A DNA stretch of 63,993 bases, the filler included, from an uncultured bacterium (GTDB lineage: Bacteria > Hinthialibacterota > Hinthialibacteria > Hinthialibacterales > Hinthialibacteraceae), in assembly GCA_964449065.1 (NCBI GenBank). It is 8 parts of 8 records of this genome, joined end to end, with 100 filler letters (N's around TTAATTAATTAA, not from the genome) between each part and the next. Parts side by side here need not be neighbours in the genome. Positions count along the whole stretch, not along the records: positions 16,399 to 24,456 come from CAYVAZ010000233.1; positions 24,557 to 32,596 come from CAYVAZ010000234.1; 6 more parts are not named here. The stretch is one strand, 5' to 3'. Under the pieces are notes generated by a model, which did no database searches, was not told the DNA's origin, and saw only the letters and a list, made by a program, of their open reading frames with translations. The position numbers and the translations under genes were made by a program. Shown here in pieces: positions 19,630 to 28,287 of this stretch (within the stretch, counting starts at the first letter, position 1; every line of letters begins with the position of its first letter).

Positions 19630-20778
19630 GTGCAAACCAAACCCTTACGTGTTCTTGCCCTGAATTATGAATATCCGCCCATCGGCGGGGGCGGCGGCAA
19701 CGCCCATCAGCACATCCTGCGTGAATTAGCCAAGATGCCCGCGATAGATGTAACGCTAATCACCACCACGCCAAAAGCGGAACCTTACACAGAAACCTAT
19801 TCAGACAACGTGCGCATTCAATTCCTGCCCATCCAAAAGCAAAGCCTGCATTATTGGAAGCGCGGTGAAGTTATCCGTTATTTAATTGCGCATCACAAAT
19901 ATCTAAAGCAGCATCTTAAAGAACACACGTATGATTTATGCCACGTGTTTTTCGGTTTTCCCACCGGATTGCTTGCATATCTGCACCGCAAAAAAATGCC
20001 CTACATCGTCTCGGTACGCGGGTCGGATGTCCCCGGCTACAACAAACGCTTTTCGCTGGATTACATAATCCTGCGCCCCATCCTCAACCGCGTTTACCAC
20101 CATGCCAAAGCGGTCATTGCCAACAGCCGCCAATTCGCGGATTTGTTCGAGGAACAGTTTCCGGAATTGAGTGCGGAAGTCATTACCAACGGAATCGACA
20201 CCGAAACGTTTCAGCCGCAAGAGCATTACAACGATGTTATGAAAATTGTCACAGCTGCGCGGTTGATCCCCCGGAAAGGGATCGATATCTTAATCAAAGC
20301 TTGTAAGCAGCTGAAGAAAAACAACATCCTTTTTGAGTTGAACATCGCGGGCGAAGGGCCGGAAGAAGAACCGCTGAAGCAGTTGTGCCACAAACTGCAT
20401 ATCGCATCGCAGGTGAATTTTTTGGGACGTGTAGAACGGAAAAACATGCAAACACTCTTGCCGCAATGCGATGTATTCGTGTTGCCCTCGTATGCCGAAG
20501 GCATGTCGAACGCCGCGTTGGAAGCTTTAGCCTGCGGCTTGCCGCTCATCTTAACCAATACCGGCGGTACAAAAGAATTGATTAACCATAACGGCTTCAT
20601 CATTCCCTTTGGGGATGATTTAATGCTGGCAGACAAACTGATGGACCTTTGCGAAGATAAGACATTGCGCCAACAGATGGGAGAGCAATCCAGACAACAC
20701 GCGCGATCCTATTCTTGGCAAAAAATCGCACAGCAGTATTATGATGTGTACAGACAAGTGATGAGTGATGTTGGATAG
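19630..20778 (+). CDS. Glycosyltransferase family 4
   Basis: NYEYPPIGGGGG, RGSDVPG, ITNGID, RLIPRKG, FVLPSYAEGMSNAALEALACG. Confidence 0.93.
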   Translation: MQTKPLRVLALNYEYPPIGGGGGNAHQHILRELAKMPAIDVTLITTTPKAEPYTETYSDNVRIQFLPIQKQSLHYWKRGEVIRYLIAHHKYLKQHLKEHTYDLCHVFFGFPTGLLAYLHRKKMPYIVSVRGSDVPGYNKRFSLDYIILRPILNRVYHHAKAVIANSRQFADLFEEQFPELSAEVITNGIDTETFQPQEHYNDVMKIVTAARLIPRKGIDILIKACKQLKKNNILFELNIAGEGPEEEPLKQLCHKLHIASQVNFLGRVERKNMQTLLPQCDVFVLPSYAEGMSNAALEALACGLPLILTNTGGTKELINHNGFIIPFGDDLMLADKLMDLCEDKTLRQQMGEQSRQHARSYSWQKIAQQYYDVYRQVMSDVG

Positions 20779-20861
20779 ACAGAGAATTGGTATTGCACTT
20801 GCCGTAGGGGCACATTGCAATGTGCCCCTACAAAACGTCTACGCACATCTGAATTGCTCTA
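20770..20861 (+). repeat. MITE-like shell enclosing a perfect 28-bp GTAG palindrome
   Basis: GTAGGGGCACATTGCAATGTGCCCCTAC at 20804-20831, with related cores at 48706-48733 and 52955-52981. The flanks match the 2022/32537 shell. Confidence 0.8.
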
Positions 20862-20894
20862 AATCGAATCCCTAATCCCTAAACTCTAAACCCT

Positions 20895-21602
20895 ATGAAC
20901 CTATACGACTCCATCAAACAAGCCGATGCCAAACTCGCGGACAAGACCGCCGGGTCGGATTCGTATTTCTACCTTTCACCAACGCGGGTGAGTTTGTCAA
21001 AGGTACTCTTCCCGGCGATTGAGCGGCACATTCGCGGCCGTTGCCTTGATGCCGGGGCGGGACGCACCGCCTACAAAACCAAACTGCTGGCGCAGGCGGA
21101 TGAAGTCGTCTCGCTGGATTGGCAGCGGCGTGAAGCATTGGATTGCAGCGGCTCGGTGATGGAACTGCCCTTTCAGGATAATGTGTTTGACTCGGTATTT
21201 TGTTCGCAGGTGTTGGAGCATGTGCCTTCGCCGGAACAGGCCTTGCAGGAATTCCACCGCTGTCTAAAGCCGGGCGGATCGCTGGTGATTAGCGTTCCGC
21301 ATTTGGCCTATTTGCATAATGAACCGCACGATTACTTCCGCTACACAAAACATGGCCTGCGCGTCATGCTGGAACGCAACGGCTTTGATGTCATCGACAT
21401 CCATCCTGCCGGCGGGCTTTTATCTTTCCTTGGCCACATCCCATCGGTGATTGCCAAGGCACTGTTCGCCCGCGTTCCGGTTGTAGGCAGCGTGGTGATG
21501 TTTCTCAACCGCTACTACTCACAATTCGTTTCCTGGCTGGATGGGTGGGTCGATAAGAAAAAACTGTTTGCGTTGAATTATGTGGTTGTAGGCACAAAAT
21601 AA
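20895..21602 (+). CDS. Class I SAM-dependent methyltransferase (Methyltransf_11-like)
   Basis: CLDAGAG, LPFQDNVFDSVFCSQVLEHV, LKPGG, H..PHDYFRYT. Confidence 0.9.
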   Translation: MNLYDSIKQADAKLADKTAGSDSYFYLSPTRVSLSKVLFPAIERHIRGRCLDAGAGRTAYKTKLLAQADEVVSLDWQRREALDCSGSVMELPFQDNVFDSVFCSQVLEHVPSPEQALQEFHRCLKPGGSLVISVPHLAYLHNEPHDYFRYTKHGLRVMLERNGFDVIDIHPAGGLLSFLGHIPSVIAKALFARVPVVGSVVMFLNRYYSQFVSWLDGWVDKKKLFALNYVVVGTK

Positions 21603-21962
21603 CTATTGATGGCATAAAGAAAATTTATTGATAGATTGGTATTATTTAATCTTGTTTTCCATATTATTTTTGGCATCATTAGATTGAGACGCTTATTATA
21701 TTTTCCACGGTGAATTCTATGGTACTATGGGAGTCTAAATGCATGGAAATCACTCGGGGATTCAGTTTGTTATTATTATTATTATTATGAGATATTAGAT
21801 TATTTTTTTGAAAGTAACAGAACATTGTAATCGGGTAGTTTTTGAAAATCCAAGCGATTGGTTTTATTAAGTTACCTGGGATTTTGAAATTGCTTGCTAC
21901 AACCGAAGACGCAACGATTTAGCTGTCTTCGCCGTTTCGGATATGGATTCACTTAATTATTC

Positions 21963-22008
21963 TTGCAAGTATCAAAAAAATTGATATACTTGTACAACAA
22001 ATCGTACA
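21963..22008 (+). promoter_or_regulatory. Promoter and autoregulatory operator of yefM-yoeB
   Basis: TTGCAA-16-TATACT followed by TGTACA (21991) and CGTACA (22003), 12 bp apart, like the paired TGTACA cores of the E. coli yefM operator. Confidence 0.65.
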
Positions 22009-22021
22009 ATAGGAATCCATC

Positions 22022-22276
22022 ATGAGAGTGATTAATTATTCCGAAGCAAGAAGCCGCTTAAAGCATGTGCTAGACGAAGTCGTCGTAGATGCCGATTACA
22101 CCATTATCTCGCGCCGTAATGCGGAAGATGCGGTTGTGATGTCGTTGGGTCAGTTCAACCAATTGATGGAAACCGTTTATTTGCTGACAAGCCCTGCCAA
22201 TGCCGCTCATCTTACTAAATCCATCCAACAATACCGGTCCGGCGAAGTAGAAGAACACGCTTTGACTCATGATTGA
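22022..22276 (+). CDS. yefM: YefM (Phd family) antitoxin
   Basis: MRVINYSEARSRLK..LDEV, AVVMSL, ETVYLL.SPANAAHL. Confidence 0.95.
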   Translation: MRVINYSEARSRLKHVLDEVVVDADYTIISRRNAEDAVVMSLGQFNQLMETVYLLTSPANAAHLTKSIQQYRSGEVEEHALTHD

Positions 22277-22532
22277 AAAACTGGTATGGACAAAAGAAGC
22301 GTGGTCGGATTATGTCTATTGGCAGGGCCAAGATAAAAAGACGTTAAAGCGAATTAACCAATTGATCAAAGAAGTGATGAAAAATCCATTTGAGGGAATC
22401 GGCAAGCCAGAACCGCTGAAAGAAAATCTATCCGGGTTTTGGTCGCGTAGAATAGACGATACAAACCGCCTAGTGTATGTAGTGGATGAGAAAACCGTAA
22501 CGATCATTTCATGCCGCTATCATTATAGATGA
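22269..22532 (+). CDS. yoeB: YoeB/Txe toxin
   Basis: AWSDYVYWQ, PFEGIGKPEPLK, WSRRIDD..RLVY, CRYHY. Confidence 0.96.
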   Translation: MIEKLVWTKEAWSDYVYWQGQDKKTLKRINQLIKEVMKNPFEGIGKPEPLKENLSGFWSRRIDDTNRLVYVVDEKTVTIISCRYHYR

Positions 22533-22682
22533 TGGTGTAATACCATTTACAAATTGGATCGTTAGCTAAAATCGAATTGGCGCAACTGATTGCTTCCATT
22601 GAATGCCAAGAATGCTAGCCTGTTAAGCCAGACGAAAAAAACAGCTGCTTGTCATCCTAAAGTCAGCGTAAACCTCTTACAT

Positions 22683-24230
22683 TTACACCGTCACGCGCTT
22701 ATACCAATCGTTGTACATGGCTTCGTATTGTTTGACGAGATCCGGGTTTTGTCCAGCGAGATTGTTGGTTTCGGTCTTGTCAGTGTTCATGTTGTACAGT
22801 TCCCAATCGCCGTCGCGCCAGGAGACCAGTTTCCAGCCGTCGTGAATAACCGCCTTGCCCCTGCTCCATTGAAAGAACACCGGTTTTTTTCGCGGTGCTT
22901 CATCACCTTTTAAAATGGCAGCGAAACTCTCGCCCTCCATATCGGGCACAGCCATCTCTCGTGTGATTTCGGGATAGTCCGCTCCGGCTAGTTCGACCAG
23001 CGTAGGCATGACATCAATAAAATGCCCCATACGGTGGCTGATGCGCCCAGGGTTTTTGATGCCGTTCTTCCAATAGGCGACCATCGGCGCGCAGGTTCCG
23101 CCTTCGTGGCTGTAGTTTTTAAAGAAGCGGAACGGGGTATTGCTGACATTGGCCCAATCGCCGCCCAGCGATGTCCAGCGTGCCATGGTGCCGATCAGAT
23201 CTGTAGGCTTGTCTTCATCCACCCGCACCACCTCGGCGGAGCAGCCGTTGTCGGAGGCGAACATGATCAGAGTATCATCCGCGACGCCCAGTTCTTCCAA
23301 CTTATCGTTCAGTGTGCCGATGCATTGATCCACCCGGTCGATCATGGCGGCATACACAGCCATCTTTAGGTCTTCCACATCTTTTTCTTGTTCCGATAAC
23401 GAATCCCAATCGGGATGAATGGCTTCCGACTGCGGATAGCGGTCATCGATCAGCCCCATCTCCCGCTGCTTTTGATCGCGCCGGTTGCGGATGGTTTCGT
23501 ATCCTTCTTTGTACTTGCCGCGGTATTTGGCAATATCACCCGGCCATGCCATCAACGGATCATGCGGCGCCGTGTATGAGAGATATAAAAAGAAGGGATC
23601 ATCCCCGCCTTTGGTGGTATCCAAAAATTCCAGCGCGTAATCGGTAAAGGCATCGGTTGAATAAAAGTCTTTGTCTTCCGGCGTATAGGGCTGCACGCAT
23701 TCGTCATCAAAGCACCAGGTGCGGTTGTCGCGTTTGCGGCCGGGGTCTGGTTCGCCTTTACGCTGCTGTCCGGGATTAAAATGGTTGCAGGCACCGTCAC
23801 GCAGGCCTTTGTAGCGGTCAAAGCCAAGGTCGAAAGGGTTATCCAACCCGTGATGTTTACCGGAATAGAAGGTGCGGTATCCCGCCGTACGCAGTACATC
23901 ACCCAAGGTGTTGCAGTTGAGAAAATGAGCCGGTTTATTCCCCATCCCGCATTGCTGCGCGTACAGTCCGGTTAACAAACACGCGCGGGAAGGAAAGCAT
24001 TTGGCGGTGTTGTGCGTTTGCGTAAAGCGGATGCCCTCACCCGCCATGCGGTCCAGGTTGGGCGTGTTAATCTCTCCACCAAAGCAGCCGATGTCAGACC
24101 AGCCCATATCATCGACCAGAATGAAAATGATGTTCGGTTTGTTTTTCGGTTGTGATCCGGCGATACGTGGCATGGTTAATGCCGCCGATGCAAGACCGGC
24201 GGTTTGCATAAAGGTCCGGCGAGAAGTCAT
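22683..24230 (-). CDS. Arylsulfatase-like sulfatase (Cys/FGly type), Tat signal
   Basis: SRRTFM, PNIIFILVDDMG, CFPSRACLLTG, GKHH, YTAPH, SDNG. Confidence 0.95.
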   Translation of the reverse strand: MTSRRTFMQTAGLASAALTMPRIAGSQPKNKPNIIFILVDDMGWSDIGCFGGEINTPNLDRMAGEGIRFTQTHNTAKCFPSRACLLTGLYAQQCGMGNKPAHFLNCNTLGDVLRTAGYRTFYSGKHHGLDNPFDLGFDRYKGLRDGACNHFNPGQQRKGEPDPGRKRDNRTWCFDDECVQPYTPEDKDFYSTDAFTDYALEFLDTTKGGDDPFFLYLSYTAPHDPLMAWPGDIAKYRGKYKEGYETIRNRRDQKQREMGLIDDRYPQSEAIHPDWDSLSEQEKDVEDLKMAVYAAMIDRVDQCIGTLNDKLEELGVADDTLIMFASDNGCSAEVVRVDEDKPTDLIGTMARWTSLGGDWANVSNTPFRFFKNYSHEGGTCAPMVAYWKNGIKNPGRISHRMGHFIDVMPTLVELAGADYPEITREMAVPDMEGESFAAILKGDEAPRKKPVFFQWSRGKAVIHDGWKLVSWRDGDWELYNMNTDKTETNNLAGQNPDLVKQYEAMYNDWYKRVTV

Positions 24231-24291
24231 TGGTATATCCCCAATCAATAGTAATGTAATTTACTTTACTCATGTTACGCAACGAAGAGAT

Positions 24292-24410
24292 TGTCGTTGT
24301 TATCCCCCCTTATTAAGGGGGGGTAGGGGGGGATCGAAGCACGCTTTCAACAACGCAAAATCCCCCGGAGCCTACGGCTCCACCCCCTTATGTAAGGGGG
24401 GTATTGTACT
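24292..24410 (+). repeat. Double-hairpin repeat core of about 120 bp
   Basis: Closely similar to 7980-8100. Confidence 0.88.
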
Positions 24411-24590
24411 GCATTTCAAATTTCTCAACGTTTTTATACGGGCATTACTGCCTCCANNNNNNNNNNNNNNNNNNNNNNNNNNNNNNNNNNNNNNNNNNNN
24501 TTAATTAATTAANNNNNNNNNNNNNNNNNNNNNNNNNNNNNNNNNNNNNNNNNNNNGCTAATCCAAAACGCTATTGAAAAAATCATCGGC

Positions 24591-24621
24591 TTGAATACAA
24601 TGGTATGATATATTATCATAC
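24591..24621 (+). promoter_or_regulatory. Promoter and inverted-repeat operator of the RHH-MazF module
   Basis: TTGAAT-17-TATCAT overlapped by the perfect inverted repeat GTATGATA-N3-TATCATAC (24603-24621). Confidence 0.65.
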
Positions 24622-24633
24622 TCAGGTGTCATC

Positions 24634-24876
24634 ATGCCCAAAAGCAAAGTTGCAATCACTCTAGATAATCATACATTAAGCCGGGTGGATCAACTGGTTA
24701 AAAATAACGTATTTTCGAATCGAAGCACGGCGATTCAAGCAGCGGTTGATGAAAAACTGGAAAGGATGGAACGTAGCCGTTTGGCCCGGGAGTGCGCGAA
24801 ACTTAATCCTTCTTTTGAGCAATCATTAGCGGAAGAAGGTGCTGAAGAGGAATTTAGCGAATGGCCAGAATACTAA
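24634..24876 (+). CDS. Ribbon-helix-helix (CopG-like) antitoxin
   Basis: KVAITLD..L..VD...F.NRS.AIQ.AV, acidic tail EEFSEWPEY, overlapping the toxin gene. Confidence 0.9.
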   Translation: MPKSKVAITLDNHTLSRVDQLVKNNVFSNRSTAIQAAVDEKLERMERSRLARECAKLNPSFEQSLAEEGAEEEFSEWPEY

Positions 24877-25199
24877 GAGGAGATATCCGTTGGGCGGATT
24901 TCAATCCAGTCCAGGGACACGAACAAGCCGGAACGCGTCCCGTTCTCATTCTTAGCCATGAAGTGTTTAACTCCCGTTCAGGAACGGTTATCGCAATGGC
25001 CATAACAAGCCAAGAACAGAAGGCAGGATTTCCACTAAACTTAGAAATCAACTCGACAAAACTTCCAAAGCAATCATGGATAAAGATCAGCCAAATCCGA
25101 ACAGTATCCGTGGAACGAATTGGCAGGAAAATAGCATCCGCTTCAACGGAAGAAATCCACAAAGCAATAGATGGTTTAAACGAAATTATTGGAGATTGA
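24861..25199 (+). CDS. mazF: PemK/MazF family endoribonuclease toxin
   Basis: [40 protein letters not shown]. Confidence 0.93.
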   Translation: MARILRGDIRWADFNPVQGHEQAGTRPVLILSHEVFNSRSGTVIAMAITSQEQKAGFPLNLEINSTKLPKQSWIKISQIRTVSVERIGRKIASASTEEIHKAIDGLNEIIGD

Positions 25200-25288
25200 T
25201 AGTGAAATTTTAAATAAACGCACTCCATTTTGATCTTTTGATTTTGATCTTTTGTATTTGAGTTCTATTGTATAGTTTGATTTACTTA

Positions 25289-25361
25289 AGAGCAATTCAA
25301 GTTTGCGTAGAGGTCCAAAGTGTACATACATGTAGCGGCTATTCAACTTTGAAACGCTCTA
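25289..25361. repeat. Short MITE-like shell without a recognisable GC-rich hairpin core
   Basis: AGAGCAATTCAAGTTTGCGTAGA...TCAACTTTGAAACGCTCTA, resembling the 20837-20861 terminus. Lies between two TA modules. Confidence 0.5.
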
Positions 25362-25492
25362 GTAATAACAGTTTTCTTTTACAGGAAATACTATCATGGC
25401 TGCATAACCTGGACTCTCAGCAAAATACCGTCACACTTTGTACTGTCCAGTGCTATTGTACAATTAACATAATTTTCGCTTTGGAGTGTTCT

Positions 25493-25735
25493 ATGAAAGC
25501 CATTGTCATATCAAATTTAGATGAGCAAGTGTTTGAATTGCTAAAATTAAATGCTGATTTGCATGGTGTATCTCCTGAAGAAGAAGCAAAAAGTATGTTG
25601 GAGCAAAACCTGATACCGAACCAAACAAACAAAAAACAAAAAGCTAGGGAATTCTTAAAGCAGTTCAGGCTAGAAAATGCTCATCGACAAAAAACAGACA
25701 GCGTTCATTTAATTCGTGAGGACAGAAACCGTTGA
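25493..25735 (+). CDS. FitA-like RHH antitoxin
   Basis: MKAIVISNLDE..L...A..HG.S.EEEAK, C-terminal DSVHLIREDR. GGAG precedes ATG 25493. Confidence 0.85.
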   Translation: MKAIVISNLDEQVFELLKLNADLHGVSPEEEAKSMLEQNLIPNQTNKKQKAREFLKQFRLENAHRQKTDSVHLIREDRNR

Positions 25736-26157
25736 AATTAATTATCGATTCTTGCGTTGCTGTGAAATGGTGTTTCAAAGAGGAATTCAGCACTCAAGCA
25801 ATTCATCTGCAAAATGATGAGTATGAGATTTTAGCACCGGATTTGATCTGTTCCGAGATTGGAAATGTCATTTGGAAAAAATCATTGAAAAATGAAATGA
25901 ATTTCATTCAATGTGGCGAAGTATACAATGCAATTATGGATCATTTCAATGCTTTCTTTGATTCCAAACGTTTCATTGAGAAATCTATTGAACTAGCAAT
26001 AAAATATAACCACCCTGTTTATGATTGCATATACATTTCAACGGCTATGCATTACAACATTCCGTTAGTAACTGCTGATAAAAGAATGCATGAATTAGGG
26101 AAAGACACAGAGGCACAAGATCTTTTTCATTGGATTGGCGATTATGCATTAGAATAG
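25732..26157 (+). CDS. vapC: VapC/FitB PIN-domain toxin
   Basis: LIIDSCVAVKW, APDL..SEIGN, HPVYDCIY, LVTAD. Confidence 0.92.
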   Translation: MKLIIDSCVAVKWCFKEEFSTQAIHLQNDEYEILAPDLICSEIGNVIWKKSLKNEMNFIQCGEVYNAIMDHFNAFFDSKRFIEKSIELAIKYNHPVYDCIYISTAMHYNIPLVTADKRMHELGKDTEAQDLFHWIGDYALE

Positions 26158-26243
26158 ACGGAACATAATCAATAATGAGTGAGGGTGAAGAATTAGCAAA
26201 AAGAGTTAAGCAGATGGGGGAGGGGTGATTTTTTTTCCGTTCC

Positions 26244-26864
26244 TCACACCACAAAAAAGTTATCATGCCCGGGCACCACCAAATCGGCGGTTTTGGCAAT
26301 GCGCTCGATTGAGTTGCGCGCTTCATCCATATCTTCGGCATGAAACGAAGGTTCCAGCGAATCAAAGTGATCGAATGACAGCACCGCGTCTCCAGCAACC
26401 ACCAACATTCCTTCCCGCGTTTCGGTCAGCAGCGATGTTGAACCGTGCGTGTGCCCCGGCGTGGCCAGCAGTTCAATCCCCGGCAAAGGGTGGTCTTCGG
26501 CGGGCTGCAGGCGGCTGAGTTGATACTCCTCTTCTTTCGTCAATTGCGTGCTCTCCAGCCACCAATGCCGTTCCACGCGTGAGATCAGCCAAACCGATTT
26601 CCGGAAGACGGAAAGATTTAACCGGTGGTTGCGGTGAAAGTGGGTTAAAAATACTGTGTCAATATCTTCCGGAACCAATCCGGTTCGCCGGTAAAGCAGC
26701 GCTTGAAAATTGTGGTCAAAACACCCGCCAGGATCCACAAGAATGCGCCGGTTGCCGCTTTGGATCAGCATAGAGGTACAGCAAGCGGTAGCCCCTTCCG
26801 CTTCCTGACCCGGCGGCAAATCTCCCATTTGCAATATAGTCCACGTCGGCAGTGTTTGCGTCAT
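26244..26864 (-). CDS. Metallo-beta-lactamase fold hydrolase
   Basis: ILVDPG, THFHRNH (canonical HxHxDH has Asn here), PGHT.G, AGDA, PGHD. Confidence 0.88.
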   Translation of the reverse strand: MTQTLPTWTILQMGDLPPGQEAEGATACCTSMLIQSGNRRILVDPGGCFDHNFQALLYRRTGLVPEDIDTVFLTHFHRNHRLNLSVFRKSVWLISRVERHWWLESTQLTKEEEYQLSRLQPAEDHPLPGIELLATPGHTHGSTSLLTETREGMLVVAGDAVLSFDHFDSLEPSFHAEDMDEARNSIERIAKTADLVVPGHDNFFVV

Positions 26865-26953
26865 AATTATTCTTACGTTTACAACTGGAATTGCTATTTT
26901 AAAAATCGGTTTATCAAATATACTGGTCTTATATCCGTTATCTCATGACGAGT

Positions 26954-26996
26954 ACAAGTTCTTTGTTTTTCCTATTGTACATGACAAGTTCTTTGT
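26954..26996. promoter_or_regulatory. Candidate TF sites in a divergent promoter: 13-bp direct repeat
   Basis: ACAAGTTCTTTGT at 26954-26966 and 26984-26996; each copy is ACAA-N5-TTGT. Confidence 0.45.
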
Positions 26997-27078
26997 GCAA
27001 GCGTTACTTTGCATATATATTCACGTACAACAGTACCAAAGAAACAATGAATCAAAACCGAAGGGTGTGTGCAATTTG

Positions 27079-28182
27079 ATGAACCGGCTGTTTTGGATGG
27101 GATTTTTTTTGACCCTAACATTCTCCAAGGCGTTTTCACAAGGCGGCTTGGCATTGTATGATACATATGACCGCTACTCTTCAGCCGTATTTTCCGTGGA
27201 AGTGGAAATTCCGCAAGACCATATTATGCAGCGGTATGAAACCCATCTGGAAAGTTTTAAAGAATATCATGAGTCACTTCTCTCGGATATTACCGGCCAA
27301 TCGTCTCACAACTTGACCTATCAGCAGTTTGAATCGTTTTTCACCAATATCGAACAAAAGATGAACAGTTTGAAAGACCATCTGTTAATCAACAACCGCG
27401 TAAAAGGCATCGCGTTCGCCGTGGATCAACATCATCTCGTTACCATCAGCACAGTAGTCAGAAGCGCCACTTTGGGGGGGGATGTGTACATCGGCAATCA
27501 CAGCACTCAAAACATACCTGCCAAAGTGCTTAATATTGATAGTCATACCGGTGTCGCGGTCATTCGAGTCAATGAGGTCACCTTCGAGCATACCGTTCCT
27601 CTAGAAGACAACAGCTGGATTCCCCCTGCTTCCTATATTCTCAGCATCCAGCGTCCTTTTGATATGCCTGCCTCTCCTGTCGCCGGAATGGTGGGCGGGT
27701 ATTACCGCAAACTCAATCTCTTTCCTCTCGAAAAATACATTCAAACCGATATCCCTCTCTATCCAGGCAATGAAGGGGCTCCGGTGTTCAGCCCGTCCGG
27801 CCGGTTGGTCGGTATGATTGCCACCGAATTTCATGTGGGACAATCCCCGGGTGTGACGTTCGTGATTCCGGCAGAATATATCGTCAATTCGGCGAATGAA
27901 ATTATTGAAACGGGGTTTAAACAACGCGGCAAGATTCCTGGGGTGCAAATTCAATTGGGTGAAAATGGCATTGAGGTTTTGAATGTGGCGCAATCCAGTC
28001 CTTACCAAAAAGACCTTCAAAAGGGCGATCTCATCATCGGCTTGGATCGCGCCCATACCAATAATTTGATGCAGATATGGGAAGCCATCATCAATACCAA
28101 ACCCAATCAGACTCTGCAATTAATGCTGTTGCGGGATAACGCGAAAGTAGAAGTCTCCGTCCAAACGCAGCAGATTCACTAA
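27079..28182 (+). CDS. HtrA/DegP-like trypsin + PDZ protein, catalytic triad substituted
   Basis: Signal peptide; LVTISTVV, DSHTGVAVI and IQTDIPLYPGNEGAP in place of VTNxHVV, DxxxDLAV and IQTDAAINPGNSGGP; C-terminal PDZ (LQKGDLII). Confidence 0.85.
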   Translation: MNRLFWMGFFLTLTFSKAFSQGGLALYDTYDRYSSAVFSVEVEIPQDHIMQRYETHLESFKEYHESLLSDITGQSSHNLTYQQFESFFTNIEQKMNSLKDHLLINNRVKGIAFAVDQHHLVTISTVVRSATLGGDVYIGNHSTQNIPAKVLNIDSHTGVAVIRVNEVTFEHTVPLEDNSWIPPASYILSIQRPFDMPASPVAGMVGGYYRKLNLFPLEKYIQTDIPLYPGNEGAPVFSPSGRLVGMIATEFHVGQSPGVTFVIPAEYIVNSANEIIETGFKQRGKIPGVQIQLGENGIEVLNVAQSSPYQKDLQKGDLIIGLDRAHTNNLMQIWEAIINTKPNQTLQLMLLRDNAKVEVSVQTQQIH

Positions 28183-28287
28183 CCGCCCCAAATTTTATGG
28201 GTTACGGTTTTACATACAAACCGCCTATTTATTCACGCATGGTTCATATAGAATTCTCTAACGACTCATCAGGCAGGACCAAATACG

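Noticed and set aside
21770..21788. (TTA)n microsatellite in the AT-rich patch
   Set aside because: Not within a credible ORF or promoter, so there is no support for phase variation.
22578..22596. TGGCGCAACTGATTGC as a sigma-54 promoter
   Set aside because: GG-to-GC spacing is 11 rather than 10, and it lies between convergent genes.
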